A stretch of DNA of 64,000 bases, taken from positions 70,186 through 134,185 of the IMG/VR virus record IMGVR_UViG_3300049571_000258. One strand, given 5' to 3'. The stretch's first letter is position 1. The number at the start of each line of letters is the position of its first letter. Under the pieces are notes generated by a model. It saw only the letters and a program-made list of their open reading frames with translations. It was not told where the DNA came from and searched no databases. Below, one piece after another: positions 34,246 through 43,461 of this stretch. A program made the translations under genes and the position numbers. The DNA is from a virus. Its lineage: Duplodnaviria; Heunggongvirae; Uroviricota; Caudoviricetes.

Positions 34246-34731
34246 ATGAGGCTGCTGAAGGTCGAGCACACGCGCTGCGGCGAGGCCGCAGGCCACACCT
34301 ACGTGTGGATCGATGACGACGTCGATGCGCTGGCCGTTGTGGATGCCGCGAAGAGGGACTACTTGCGGGCGATCGCCGACCTGGCGGCGCAGCGCAAGCC
34401 GCCGAACGACTACCGCCCCTACGGTAGCCCGCCCTACGACAAGTTCCCCGACAAGACGGTGGCCGAGGTCAAGGCGGAGTGGGAGGCCAAGAAGGTCGAG
34501 TGGACGGCGTGGAACGAGAAGAGGATGGGGGCGAGGCTCGCCTTCGAGGACTTCCTCGCGCGCCAGGAGGGCGTTAAGACGTGGGCGTGGCACGAGAGCG
34601 AGGTCGTCGCCCTCGATTGGGGTCACCTCCACGGCACGAGCATTGACTACAGCCTGACCGACGTCGACACGATCCCCCGACCGGACGAGGTGCTGGGACT
34701 CGCCGAGGACGAGGACGAGTACCGCTTCTAG
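34246..34731 (+). CDS. hypothetical protein (161 aa)
   Basis: ORF track. Confidence 0.55.
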   Translation: MRLLKVEHTRCGEAAGHTYVWIDDDVDALAVVDAAKRDYLRAIADLAAQRKPPNDYRPYGSPPYDKFPDKTVAEVKAEWEAKKVEWTAWNEKRMGARLAFEDFLARQEGVKTWAWHESEVVALDWGHLHGTSIDYSLTDVDTIPRPDEVLGLAEDEDEYRF

Positions 34732-34785
34732 CCGTCCGGCGGCGGAGGTAGGTTTCCGCCGCTACCAACCCCCCGGAGGCCAGTC

Positions 34786-35775
34786 ATGGGGCTGAGCGAC
34801 GCGCTCACGCAGGTCGAGAAGACGTTCGGCAAGAACACCGTCATCCGCATGGGCGACAACTATGCGGACATGGAGATCCAGCGGAACCCGACCGGGGCAC
34901 TGTCGCTCGATCTTGCGCTCGGCGGCGGTGTCCCTCGCGGACGCATCGTCGAGATCTACGGGCCGCAGTCGGCGGGCAAGACGACGCTGCTGTACCACAT
35001 CATCGCCGAGGGCCAGCGACTCGGCGGCACGTGCGCGTTCGTTGACGCCGAGCACGCGATCGACCCGGTCTACGCGCGGGCGATCGGCGTGGACATCGAC
35101 GAGATGTTGGTCTGCCAGCCCGACTACGGCGAGCAGGGCCTGGAGGTTGCCGACATCCTGATCCGCTCCGGCGACGTCGGGATCGTCGTCGTCGACTCTG
35201 TCGCCGCCCTGACGCCGCGCGCCGAGCTTGAGGGCGCGATGGGTGACCAGACGGTCGGCCTCCAGGCGCGGATGATGTCGCAGGCCATGCGCAAGCTGGC
35301 GGGCAACACGCGCAAGGCGGGCACGCTGCTCGTGTTCACCAACCAGATCCGCGAGAAGGTCGGCGTGATCTATGGCTCGCCGGAGACGCAGCCGGGCGGG
35401 CGCGCGCTGCCGTTCTACGCGTCGCAGCGCATCGACATCCGGCGCAAGGAGACGCTGAAGGACGGCGCCGACAGCGTCGGCATCCGGGTGAAGGCGAAGG
35501 TCGTCAAGAACAAGACGGCCGCCCCCTACAAGGAGGCGGAGTTCGACATCGAGTTCGGCAAGGGCATCTCGAAGTCGGGCTGCCTGTTGGACATCGGCCT
35601 GGACCGCGACCTCGTGCAGAAGTCTGGCTCGTTCTACTCGTTCGCGGGCGATCGCCTGGGGCAGGGCCGCGGGAACGCGAAGGCCTACCTGGACGAGAAT
35701 CCCGAGGTGGCCCAGAAGCTGGAGGGGTGCATCCGGACCGGCGAGGTCCCGGCGGTCGAGGCCAAGGCGGCATGA
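34786..35775 (+). CDS. recA: RecA recombinase
   Basis: [10 protein letters not shown] (Walker A), [10 protein letters not shown]1/L2 loop regions and 329 aa length are all canonical RecA. Confidence 0.9.
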   Translation: MGLSDALTQVEKTFGKNTVIRMGDNYADMEIQRNPTGALSLDLALGGGVPRGRIVEIYGPQSAGKTTLLYHIIAEGQRLGGTCAFVDAEHAIDPVYARAIGVDIDEMLVCQPDYGEQGLEVADILIRSGDVGIVVVDSVAALTPRAELEGAMGDQTVGLQARMMSQAMRKLAGNTRKAGTLLVFTNQIREKVGVIYGSPETQPGGRALPFYASQRIDIRRKETLKDGADSVGIRVKAKVVKNKTAAPYKEAEFDIEFGKGISKSGCLLDIGLDRDLVQKSGSFYSFAGDRLGQGRGNAKAYLDENPEVAQKLEGCIRTGEVPAVEAKAA

Positions 35776-35776
35776 C

Positions 35777-36001
35777 GTGTACGCGCACCACTACGGCATG
35801 TGGTGCGAGCCGTGGATCCGCGAGGTCTGTCGGCGCGCCGGAGTCGAAGAGGTGTTTGTGAGTACGCCGGCACCCTTCGAGACGCACGTGCGCCTGTTCA
35901 CGCGCGACCTGGATCCAGTGCACCCGGCACTATGCCTGAAGGTGGAGCGTGTCCTGGACGCCTACCGGCCGGTCAACTTCTCGCTCACGGTGGAGACGTG
36001 A
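35777..36001 (+). CDS. hypothetical protein (74 aa)
   Basis: GTG 2 nt after the recA stop; ORF track. Confidence 0.45.
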   Translation: MYAHHYGMWCEPWIREVCRRAGVEEVFVSTPAPFETHVRLFTRDLDPVHPALCLKVERVLDAYRPVNFSLTVET

Positions 36002-36348
36002 GGGAGACCGACGGCCGACGCTTCCTGCTGCTGTACCCGGACGGCAGCGAGAAGTCCCTGCGCGACTTCCTGGCCGAGGCCGCGGAGGCGCACGGGCTGC
36101 CGCTTCAGGAGGGGTTCGAGATCGACGTGACCGACCTCTCTCACGACGGGACACTGCACGTCAAGGTCGATGGTCATCTGGCTCACACGATCGAGTGGGC
36201 GGACATGAAGGTGGTGAAGGTCGATGGGGTGGGCCGATCTCACGGTGAGGCAGCTACAGGACGGGATGGCGGTGACGTTGAGGCCGCCGGGCCGCTCGAT
36301 GGAGCCGACGATCAGGCACCGCGGCCTGGTTCACCTGGAGCCGTGTAG
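35998..36348 (+). CDS. hypothetical protein; 3' end uncertain (overlaps the next gene out of frame)
   Basis: GTG in a GTGA overlap; the first ~75 codons look real, the tail looks like read-through. Confidence 0.35.
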   Translation: MRETDGRRFLLLYPDGSEKSLRDFLAEAAEAHGLPLQEGFEIDVTDLSHDGTLHVKVDGHLAHTIEWADMKVVKVDGVGRSHGEAATGRDGGDVEAAGPLDGADDQAPRPGSPGAV

Positions 36349-36526
36349 TGCCGACGACGTCCAGAAGGGCGACATCGTCCTGTGCCGGGTGCACGGCACG
36401 ACGTTCCTACACCGCGTGAAGGGGCGCGACGCGCGCACTGGGCGTGTGCTGATCGGCTCAGACCGTGGGAGCATCAACGGGTGGACGAAGATGGTCTTCG
36501 GTCGAGTCACACGGGTGGAGAACTGA
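36224..36526 (+). CDS. S24 LexA/UmuD-like peptidase domain protein
   Basis: GRSMEPTI (Ser-nucleophile GDSMxP motif) and downstream KGDIVL...HRVKG (Lys general base region). Confidence 0.65.
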   Translation: MGWADLTVRQLQDGMAVTLRPPGRSMEPTIRHRGLVHLEPCSADDVQKGDIVLCRVHGTTFLHRVKGRDARTGRVLIGSDRGSINGWTKMVFGRVTRVEN

Positions 36527-36529
36527 GCG

Positions 36530-36715
36530 GTGACGCACTGGGTCTGCGTGTTCTGTCGCAACCGCCTGGACGACGTCGAGATCCGACCGACGGCTCAGGG
36601 GTCGAAGCGCGTCGTGGTCCTGCGTCAGCAGCCGGTGTGCACCTGTCGCCCGAACGGCTCGACCATGCGGCGTGTCACCGCGGGGGATCGGAATGCTGAA
36701 GCGCATCAAGCGTGA
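36530..36715 (+). CDS. small zinc-ribbon protein (61 aa)
   Basis: GTG start; CVFC...CTC. Confidence 0.4.
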   Translation: MTHWVCVFCRNRLDDVEIRPTAQGSKRVVVLRQQPVCTCRPNGSTMRRVTAGDRNAEAHQA

Positions 36716-36905
36716 CCCACGCCCGGCGCTGATCGGCGCGCTGGCGCGCCAGTATTGGATGACGGCCGACCAGGTCGCGTCCATCACCGGCTACCCGCCG
36801 ACCTTCGTCTCTGCGCAGCTGCGCATGCTGTGGAAGGACGGCAAGGTCGAGCGCATGAACGGGGACGGCAACAAGCTCGTCTACCGGAGGGTGAGGGCGA
36901 AGTGA
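36693..36905 (+). CDS. small winged-helix DNA-binding protein
   Basis: TADQVASITGYPPTFVSAQLRMLWKDGKVER, a MarR/wHTH-like recognition helix plus wing. Confidence 0.5.
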   Translation: MLKRIKRDPRPALIGALARQYWMTADQVASITGYPPTFVSAQLRMLWKDGKVERMNGDGNKLVYRRVRAK

Positions 36906-37105
36906 AGACGGCCCTCTCCGCTCGCTGTCGCCATTGCGGCGTCTCGAACCACCTATTCATGGTGGACCGCGAGCTTCGCCATGGCACCCCCTTCACGGAC
37001 GCCGAGCGCGAGATGGTCTTGGATCACGCCGACGACTCGTGCGTCGGCTGTGGCTACTCCCTGTGGGGCGCGACGATCGAGGCGGACATTCTGTCCGACG
37101 GGTAG
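36902..37105 (+). CDS. small zinc-ribbon protein (67 aa)
   Basis: GTGA overlap; CRHCG...CVGCG. Confidence 0.4.
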   Translation: MKTALSARCRHCGVSNHLFMVDRELRHGTPFTDAEREMVLDHADDSCVGCGYSLWGATIEADILSDG

Positions 37106-37153
37106 CGCACCATCCGCTGTGCCATCACCCGCAAACGACCGAGGAGGTTGGGG

Positions 37154-37537
37154 ATGAGCATCTACGACGAAGGCTCCCTTGCGGAGCAGAAGGTCCGGCG
37201 TCCGAACGTGACGGCCGCCGAGGAGCACCTGTTCTCCACCGACATGGCACCGGTAGTCCGGCTCGCGGGGAACGCGGTGGTCGAACTGCGGTCGGCGCTG
37301 AAGCTGCTGGCCGACATGGTCAACGAGTCGCGGGCGAACCGCACGGACGGCGCAGAGCTTCCCCTGTGGGCGAAGGAGTGGCTGGGCGCGTTCAGCGCGC
37401 TGTCCGAGCCACACGACAGGCTCATGGATGCCTACCGTGAGGTCGCGAAGATCGCGATGGACCAGGCCGAGGCGCAGACGGCGAACCCAAGGGTCGGCGA
37501 CGGGCGCGTCGGCTTCGTCCTGAGCCTGGACTCCTGA
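37154..37537 (+). CDS. hypothetical protein (127 aa)
   Basis: SD gaggagg plus ATG; helical. Confidence 0.5.
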   Translation: MSIYDEGSLAEQKVRRPNVTAAEEHLFSTDMAPVVRLAGNAVVELRSALKLLADMVNESRANRTDGAELPLWAKEWLGAFSALSEPHDRLMDAYREVAKIAMDQAEAQTANPRVGDGRVGFVLSLDS

Positions 37538-38064
37538 TGAGGTGGCGCATCCTCGCCGCGATCGCGTTGGTCGCGCTGCTGGCGGGCATCGTCGTCGCCA
37601 AGGCGCAGGCGCGCACGATGATCGTGGGCGACTCGCTTGCGGTGGGGATGTCGCCCTACCTGAAGGCACGGTTGCCGGGCCGGGTGGACGTGGACGCGCG
37701 CGTCGGCCGCCCGTTGCGCGAGGGCATGTGGCGCCTGGACTCGCTCGGCCGGGTGCGCGTCCTCGTGGTCTCGCTGTTCACCAACGACGATCCACACAAC
37801 ACGGCCGACCTGCGTCGGGCGATCGCCAACGCCAAGGGGCACGCTGACTGCGTCGTGTGGGGCACGGTGTCGCGCCCGCCGGTTGGCGGGAAGTCCTATG
37901 AGGCCGCCAACAGGATCATCCGGCGCAACACACACGAGGTGCGTTGGGCGCGCTACGTCCAGCGCCATCCCGGCGTTCTCGGGACGGATCGAGTGCACCC
38001 TGGCCCGTCCGGCTACCGGCAGCTGGCGAAGCTGTACCGCGCCGCCGTGCGCACTTGTGCGTAG
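37537..38064 (+). CDS. secreted SGNH/GDSL-family hydrolase
   Basis: Signal peptide; block I IVGDSLAVG (GDS); block V DRVHPGPSGY (DxxH). Confidence 0.7.
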   Translation: MRWRILAAIALVALLAGIVVAKAQARTMIVGDSLAVGMSPYLKARLPGRVDVDARVGRPLREGMWRLDSLGRVRVLVVSLFTNDDPHNTADLRRAIANAKGHADCVVWGTVSRPPVGGKSYEAANRIIRRNTHEVRWARYVQRHPGVLGTDRVHPGPSGYRQLAKLYRAAVRTCA

Positions 38065-38085
38065 CGCATGTCGTGTGCTATAGTC
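38065..38085 (+). promoter_or_regulatory. promoter/operator: gcgcatgtcgtgtgc + TATAGT
   Basis: Starts 1 nt after the SGNH stop; a hairpin terminator follows ~55 nt downstream. Confidence 0.5.
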
Positions 38086-38139
38086 CCTCGTGCGCATATA
38101 GCGCTCGTCCCTATCAACCGGGGCGGGGCACCAGAGAGA

Positions 38140-38167
38140 GACCCCGCTGAGATGCGGGGTCTTTCCA
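38140..38167 (+). terminator. intrinsic terminator (8-bp GC stem plus TTTCC)
   Basis: gaccccgc-tgagat-gcggggtc-tttcc. Confidence 0.55.
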
Positions 38168-38266
38168 CGACCATGACCGTTCGCTGATCGACACCTCATC
38201 CGCTGGTCGCCCGTGCGACCCGGCCAGCACAGCACTCCGTCCCTACGACCGGAGGCTCGATGAGCC

Positions 38267-38476
38267 ATGTCTGGAAGCAAGAACCGCTCTGCCGCCCGGC
38301 AGGCGGTCAAGACGGCGCGCCGGATCAAGCGCAAGGGCCGTCGCCGGTGGATGCAGGGTGACGACCTCGCCGAGGCGTCCAAGCTGCTGACCTACTCCGG
38401 CAACGGCGGCACCGACAAGTCCGGCTCGAAGAAGAAGTCGATCGTCTACTACAGCGACAAGCCCGCGCGGAAGTAG
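38267..38476 (+). CDS. small basic protein (69 aa)
   Basis: ORF track; Lys/Arg-rich. Confidence 0.45.
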   Translation: MSGSKNRSAARQAVKTARRIKRKGRRRWMQGDDLAEASKLLTYSGNGGTDKSGSKKKSIVYYSDKPARK

Positions 38477-38578
38477 TAGGATCACCGCAGGACGCCGACC
38501 CCTCTGACTCAAGTCGGCTTCAGCAAGTTGTGGACCCCCGAGCGGAGGGGTAGGGGGTTCACTCCGAGAGGTAGGAAC

Positions 38579-39874
38579 TTGGCCAGGGTTCGCGAGTCGT
38601 GCAAGGAGCGCATCCGCGAGGCTGTCGACTTCGCCGAGTTGGTCGGCAAGAAGGTGGAGCTTCGCCGGGTGTCGGCGCGCAACTACATCGGCCGGTGCCC
38701 GATCCACGAGGAGCGCACCGGGTCGTTCTCGATCGACATCGAGAAGAAGGTCTTCAACTGCTTCGGCTGCGGGGCGTCGGGAGACGTCTTCCGCTACATC
38801 GAGTTGACGGAGGGCGTCGACTTCAGGACGGCCATGGAGTTGCTGGCCGAGCGTCACGGCATCGAGTTGGAGTTGGAGGAGGAGGACCCGAGGGAGAAGG
38901 AGCGGCGCGAGCGCCACGGTCGCCTGACGGGCCTGCTGGAGCGCGCCGCGGAGTTCTACGTGCGCTGCCTGTGGTCGATGCCGGAGGCCGAACCGGCGCG
39001 GCGCTACCTGCTGGAGGAGCGCGGCTTCACCGAGGAGACGCTGCGGACGTTCCGCGTCGGGTGGTCGCCGTCGGGCTGGACGACGATGGTCGACGGCGCG
39101 ACCCGCTCCGGCTATAGCCCACAGGACTTGTACGCGGTCGGCCTGGCGGCGCGGCGCGACGACGGCCGCACCTACGACCGCTTCCGCGAGCGGATCATGT
39201 TCCCACTGGCGGAGGCGCGCGGGCGCATCGTCGGCTTCGGCGCTCGCGTGCTCGGCGACGCCAAGCCGAAGTACATCAACACCCGCGAGAGCGAGATCTT
39301 CCATAAGGGTCAGATCCTCTACGGCGCGCACCTGGCCCGCGAGGTCGCGGCCAAGCGCGACCAGGTGATCGTCTGCGAGGGCTACACCGACGTCCTCGCG
39401 CTACACCAGGCGGGCATCGTCGAGGTGGTCGCGTGCATGGGTACGTCGCTGACGGAGGAGCAGGTCCAGGCGCTGGCGAAGATGGCCCACACGGCGCACC
39501 TCGCATTCGACGCCGACGCCGCCGGGGCCGAGGCGATGATCCGCGCGCAGCGGATCGCGGCCGATGTCGGCGTGAACCTCAAGGTCATGCGCATGCCCGA
39601 GGGCAAGGACCCGGCCGACGTCGCGCAGGACGGCACGATCTCCGGGATCGCCTCGATGCCCTTCGCACGCTTCCACGTGGAGCACATCCTGGCGTCAGCG
39701 GACCTGTCGACGCCGGAGGGCTGTGACGCGGCGCTCGACGAGTTGAGGCCGGTCTTCAAGGTGTTGCGCCCTGGCGCGACGTGGGACGACCTGTTGCGCA
39801 AGGTCGCGGACGCGACGAACATCTCGCCGCGACTGGCACAGCTTGTGCTGTCCGGTGACCAGGTCTGGGCGTAG
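38579..39874 (+). CDS. DnaG-type DNA primase (CHC2 zinc finger plus TOPRIM)
   Basis: CPIHEERTGSFSID...CFGCGASGDVFRYI (CHC2 finger); VIVCEGYTDVLALHQAG (TOPRIM); start set at TTG 38579 after SD gagaggtagg (the ORF track allows ATG 38528). Confidence 0.8.
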   Translation: MARVRESCKERIREAVDFAELVGKKVELRRVSARNYIGRCPIHEERTGSFSIDIEKKVFNCFGCGASGDVFRYIELTEGVDFRTAMELLAERHGIELELEEEDPREKERRERHGRLTGLLERAAEFYVRCLWSMPEAEPARRYLLEERGFTEETLRTFRVGWSPSGWTTMVDGATRSGYSPQDLYAVGLAARRDDGRTYDRFRERIMFPLAEARGRIVGFGARVLGDAKPKYINTRESEIFHKGQILYGAHLAREVAAKRDQVIVCEGYTDVLALHQAGIVEVVACMGTSLTEEQVQALAKMAHTAHLAFDADAAGAEAMIRAQRIAADVGVNLKVMRMPEGKDPADVAQDGTISGIASMPFARFHVEHILASADLSTPEGCDAALDELRPVFKVLRPGATWDDLLRKVADATNISPRLAQLVLSGDQVWA

Positions 39875-39886
39875 TAGTCTTCGGCC

Positions 39887-40228
39887 ATGCACATCAAGGT
39901 GGGTGCCAGCGACGAGGTCACGACCGGCAACGAGGCGGTCGATCTGGGCCAGGTCATCGACGTGCGCAACATCGACCGCGGCGCGGTGATGGTCGAGAAC
40001 ACCGGCGACACGAACACCGCGAGCTTCACGGCGCTCGGCAGCTTCGACCGTGAGACCTGGAGCCAGATCGGCGACGCGGTCGAGGTCGACGCCGGGGAGA
40101 CGGGGGTCATCGAACTCGTCGGCAGCGGGATGACCCCGTTCGCGTTCGCGAAGGTGCAGGTGGCCAGCGCGGTCGAGGACTCCGACACCGACGCCCGCAT
40201 CGTCGGTGGCGGCCTCTCCAGCTTCTGA
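39887..40228 (+). CDS. hypothetical protein (113 aa)
   Basis: ORF track. Confidence 0.5.
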   Translation: MHIKVGASDEVTTGNEAVDLGQVIDVRNIDRGAVMVENTGDTNTASFTALGSFDRETWSQIGDAVEVDAGETGVIELVGSGMTPFAFAKVQVASAVEDSDTDARIVGGGLSSF

Positions 40229-40260
40229 GGATACGTCCGCGAGTGCCGTAGACTTGTGCC

Positions 40261-41814
40261 GTGGCCACCGGCACAGCTAACGCGCTGCGTGACGAGATCG
40301 AGAACGCCGCACAGGATGAGTCCATCGACCCGTCCGCGCGCCTGCGCATGCTCTCCGCGCTTCGCGGCGACCTCGTGTCTGTGCTCGGAGCGTGCGACCA
40401 GTACATCGGCGCGCTAGAGCGCCACGCACAGTCCCTCGCCGCGGCGCAGCGCGAGAACGTGGAGATCGCGCGCCGGTTCGCCTCGCTGCGCGAGGGCATG
40501 ATCGAGGAGGGTGTCGCGACGGGCGACGAACTCGATCTCGTGGGCATCCTCTCCGAGGCCGAGCTAGACCAGCTGGAGGAGGAGGGCCTGCTCCTGGAGG
40601 CCGTTGGATACCTGCGCAAGAAGTGGGATGAGGCGCTGCACCCGCGTGGTCGTGGCGGCCAGTTCGTTGCCAAGCCGGGGGCGCCCGAGGCGCCGAAGAT
40701 CCGCAAGTCCACCTACGGCACCGACTACCAGGCGGTCGGGCCGGGCGGCGAGATCGCGGTTCGTGGCACGCGCAAGGAGGCCGAGGACGCGCTGAAGGGG
40801 ATCCGCTCGACGCAAGTCAAGCGCGATCCGGGCACGGGCAAGGGCGACACGGGCACGAAGCCTTATCAGGACCCGACCACCACCGAACTGCTCACGGACC
40901 CGGAGACGGTGCGCGAGGCGCGCAAGATGATCCTGTCCGGCAACCCGACTACGCGTGACCGCTACGCCACGGTGAAGGACGGGAAGGTCGTCTACGACAG
41001 GTCTCGCCAGAAGCTGCACAAGGAGATCATCGAGAAGTTGCTCACCGAGGACGGCGAGCACCAGGCGCAGGAGCATCCGGTGGCGTTCTTCACCGGCGGC
41101 GGAATGGCCAGCGGCAAGGGTGGCGTCGTGGACGCCATGAACGGCGGCAAGGGTCACGAGTGGAAGCCGCAGGACGCCGTCACGATCGACCCCGACAAGG
41201 TCAAGGCGCTGATGCCCGAGTTCGCGCAGCTGACCAACGCGGGCGACCCGGAGGCCAACATTCGCGTCTCTGATGAGGCGTGGGACATCTCGCAGGCGCT
41301 GGCCGCGGAGGTCCGCAAGCGCAAGTACAACGTGATCGTGGACGGCGTCGGCAACACATCGGCCGACATGGTGAGGAAGCGCGTCGACTCCTACGTGAGC
41401 GCCGGGTACACCCCACGCGCGGTGTATGTTGCGACGCCCGCGCCGGTCGCGGTCCGCAACGCGCGGATGCGCATGCAGAAGGCGATCAAGGCCGGGAAGC
41501 TGGAGTCGATCCGCTACATCCCCGACGAGATCATGTACGACACGCACGCGCGCGTGTCGAAGGTGTTCCCCGACATCTTGAAGATGTGGCCCGGCGAGAT
41601 CGAGTTGTACGACACGAACACGTGGGATGAGGAGAAGAAGGTCTTCCACACCCCGCGCCTGCTGTTGAAGAAGTCGGGCAAGGGGGAGGAGCCGGAGATC
41701 TTGGACAACGACACCTACGAGAAGTTCCTGGAGAAGGCGCGCAACCCGTACGTCGAGTGGTTCGTGCCTCCGCCGGAGGGTTCTGACGACGAGGGTTCGG
41801 AGGTCGCGGTCTGA
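40261..41814 (+). CDS. HPR-motif protein with degenerate P-loop kinase-like domain (zeta-toxin / polynucleotide-kinase-like)
   Basis: WDEALHPRGRGGQFVAKPG peptide; FFTGGGMASGKGGV (Walker-A-like GxxxxGKG); ...IVDGVGNT...R....GY...VYVATP...R...R, as in the zeta/UNAG-kinase fold. GTG at 40261 preceded by TAGACT. Confidence 0.55.
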   Translation: MATGTANALRDEIENAAQDESIDPSARLRMLSALRGDLVSVLGACDQYIGALERHAQSLAAAQRENVEIARRFASLREGMIEEGVATGDELDLVGILSEAELDQLEEEGLLLEAVGYLRKKWDEALHPRGRGGQFVAKPGAPEAPKIRKSTYGTDYQAVGPGGEIAVRGTRKEAEDALKGIRSTQVKRDPGTGKGDTGTKPYQDPTTTELLTDPETVREARKMILSGNPTTRDRYATVKDGKVVYDRSRQKLHKEIIEKLLTEDGEHQAQEHPVAFFTGGGMASGKGGVVDAMNGGKGHEWKPQDAVTIDPDKVKALMPEFAQLTNAGDPEANIRVSDEAWDISQALAAEVRKRKYNVIVDGVGNTSADMVRKRVDSYVSAGYTPRAVYVATPAPVAVRNARMRMQKAIKAGKLESIRYIPDEIMYDTHARVSKVFPDILKMWPGEIELYDTNTWDEEKKVFHTPRLLLKKSGKGEEPEILDNDTYEKFLEKARNPYVEWFVPPPEGSDDEGSEVAV

Positions 41815-42080
41815 TGGCGTACGAGGACGACTATCCCGAGGCCCCCGACGGCACCGAGGAGAGCTTCCCGGCGCCGGACAACATGCGAGCACTGTGGGGC
41901 GAGGGCCTGGTGCTGGACACCGGCGACGAGTTCGCCGGTGCTGAGGAGATCACCTACGACGACCTGGGTGACGAGAAGCAGTACCACGAGGGAGATGAGG
42001 TAGAGGCGCAGTCCTTCGACGACGAGGATGACGCCGACGAGGATGGCGACGAGGGCGACGACGAGGAGGTCGACGCGTAG
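41814..42080 (+). CDS. highly acidic small protein (88 aa, ~40% Asp/Glu)
   Basis: ATG in a TGATG overlap; composition reminiscent of DNA-mimic anti-restriction proteins. Confidence 0.5.
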   Translation: MAYEDDYPEAPDGTEESFPAPDNMRALWGEGLVLDTGDEFAGAEEITYDDLGDEKQYHEGDEVEAQSFDDEDDADEDGDEGDDEEVDA

Positions 42081-42122
42081 GCCGGGTGTGTGCTCCGACC
42101 ATGACCACATCAAGGAGCACCC

Positions 42123-42488
42123 ATGGTCCCAGCGACGCTCGAAGCGGCACCCGCTGCCGTTGATCCCCCCGTTCAGGCGGCGGTCCCGCGCAAGAAGGCC
42201 TGCCCCGTCTGTCGTGCTATCCCCAACTGCAACCACACGCCCCCGCATCAACTGCGCGTGATGCTGGCGATCTCCCGGCGCCACGGGATCGTGTTCGACG
42301 ACGCCTGGGAGAAGGCGTGGATCCGCGTGCGCTGGCCGCACGACACCGAGCACCGGCGCGACTACAAGAAGATCCTGCTGGAGCAGTTGGACGTCTGGCG
42401 CAGTGCCTACGCCCGCATGGGCGCCGTGAACGAACGACTCAACGCCGTCTACTCGCTGCTGATCTACGCGTCGGGCGAGGGCGGCTGA
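42123..42488 (+). CDS. hypothetical protein (121 aa)
   Basis: ORF track. Confidence 0.5.
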   Translation: MVPATLEAAPAAVDPPVQAAVPRKKACPVCRAIPNCNHTPPHQLRVMLAISRRHGIVFDDAWEKAWIRVRWPHDTEHRRDYKKILLEQLDVWRSAYARMGAVNERLNAVYSLLIYASGEGG

Positions 42489-42862
42489 CCGGCGGGGTAC
42501 CACCGCAGCGGCGCGTGCGGTAGGGGGGCGTGACTCTCTAGCTCGCCGCGGTCGCGCAGTCGGCTGAGCGTCACGCGGGTGCTCTGCGCCGGGAAGCCGA
42601 GCGCCGCGGAGATGTCAGACGCGAGCGCACCGGGGTTGGCGGTGACGTAGTCGCGGATCGCGAGGGTCTTCTGGCCGGTCGACCGACCAGCCCCGCCGAC
42701 AGGACGCTTCTCGTCATTGCCTCGCAGCGCGCTCATGGCGGCGCGCACCTGGCGAGCCTGTGCGTGGAGGTCGGTCAAGGTCTTCTCGTGTGCCTTGATC
42801 TCCGCTTCGATCTCGGTGAGGTTGTCGGCGAGGTCTTGGACGTGCTCGGCGATGGTCTTCAC
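42464..42862 (-). CDS. winged-HTH regulator, candidate repressor; the only minus-strand gene in the window
   Basis: High GC3 in the minus frame; GTG at 42862; C-terminal KTLAIRDYVTANPGALASDISAALGFPAQSTRVTLSRLRDRGELE (wHTH); transcribed divergently from the shared operator at 42878-42892. Confidence 0.65.
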   Translation of the reverse strand: MKTIAEHVQDLADNLTEIEAEIKAHEKTLTDLHAQARQVRAAMSALRGNDEKRPVGGAGRSTGQKTLAIRDYVTANPGALASDISAALGFPAQSTRVTLSRLRDRGELESHAPLPHAPLRWYPAGQPPSPDA

Positions 42863-42870
42863 GCCGGTGC

Positions 42871-42898
42871 AGAGTAGCGCATGACGTGTGTTAGGATC
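42871..42898. promoter_or_regulatory. bidirectional promoter pair sharing one palindromic operator (TAGGAT on +, TACTCT on -)
   Basis: The + strand reads gcgcatgacgtgtgt-TAGGAT then GTG 42904. The - strand reads acacacgtcatgcgc-TACTCT then GTG 42862. Both are leaderless. Confidence 0.55.
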
Positions 42899-42903
42899 CC
42901 CCC

Positions 42904-43332
42904 GTGAGCGTGATCCCCCTTCGCCTGCGCCACGCGCTGACGTTCTACCACCTCCGCGCGAACCGCAGTCCCTCGTCGAAGTTGGCCATCTGCTCGTGCG
43001 GGTGGCGCTGCTGGCCGTTCCGCAAGACGAGGTGGAAGACACGCGTGCGCTCGCTCGTGTGCGCTGTGCACTTCGGGCACGTGTGGGACGAGCCGTCTCC
43101 GGTGATGGTCGGGCCGGTCGGCTTCGAGGCGACGCTGGAGAGCATCGTTGGCCTGCACAAGCAGTGCGAGCGCTGCTGGACGGTCGTCGAGGTCTCGGTC
43201 GACGACGCGGTCGAGCAGTGGGTCGACGAGCACACCGGGCAGCCGGGCTACTGGCAGCAGATCAGGGTCGGCGATGAGATGGCCGATCACTGGCGGCAGC
43301 TGTGGCTGGACCACGTCACGGAGGACGACTGA
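42904..43332 (+). CDS. Cys-rich hypothetical protein (142 aa)
   Basis: Leaderless GTG 5 nt after the -10; CSCGWRC...C..H...C..C; good GC3. Confidence 0.6.
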   Translation: MSVIPLRLRHALTFYHLRANRSPSSKLAICSCGWRCWPFRKTRWKTRVRSLVCAVHFGHVWDEPSPVMVGPVGFEATLESIVGLHKQCERCWTVVEVSVDDAVEQWVDEHTGQPGYWQQIRVGDEMADHWRQLWLDHVTEDD

Positions 43333-43461
43333 CGGTGCGGGTCGGCGAACGGCTTGATGTGCTGCGAGCGCCGAAGTACGACGTCGAGAAGCATGCGGCG
43401 TGGGACACTGCACGATCTGTGGCGAGGCGGGGCACAACAAGCGGACCTGTGGGAGGTCACG

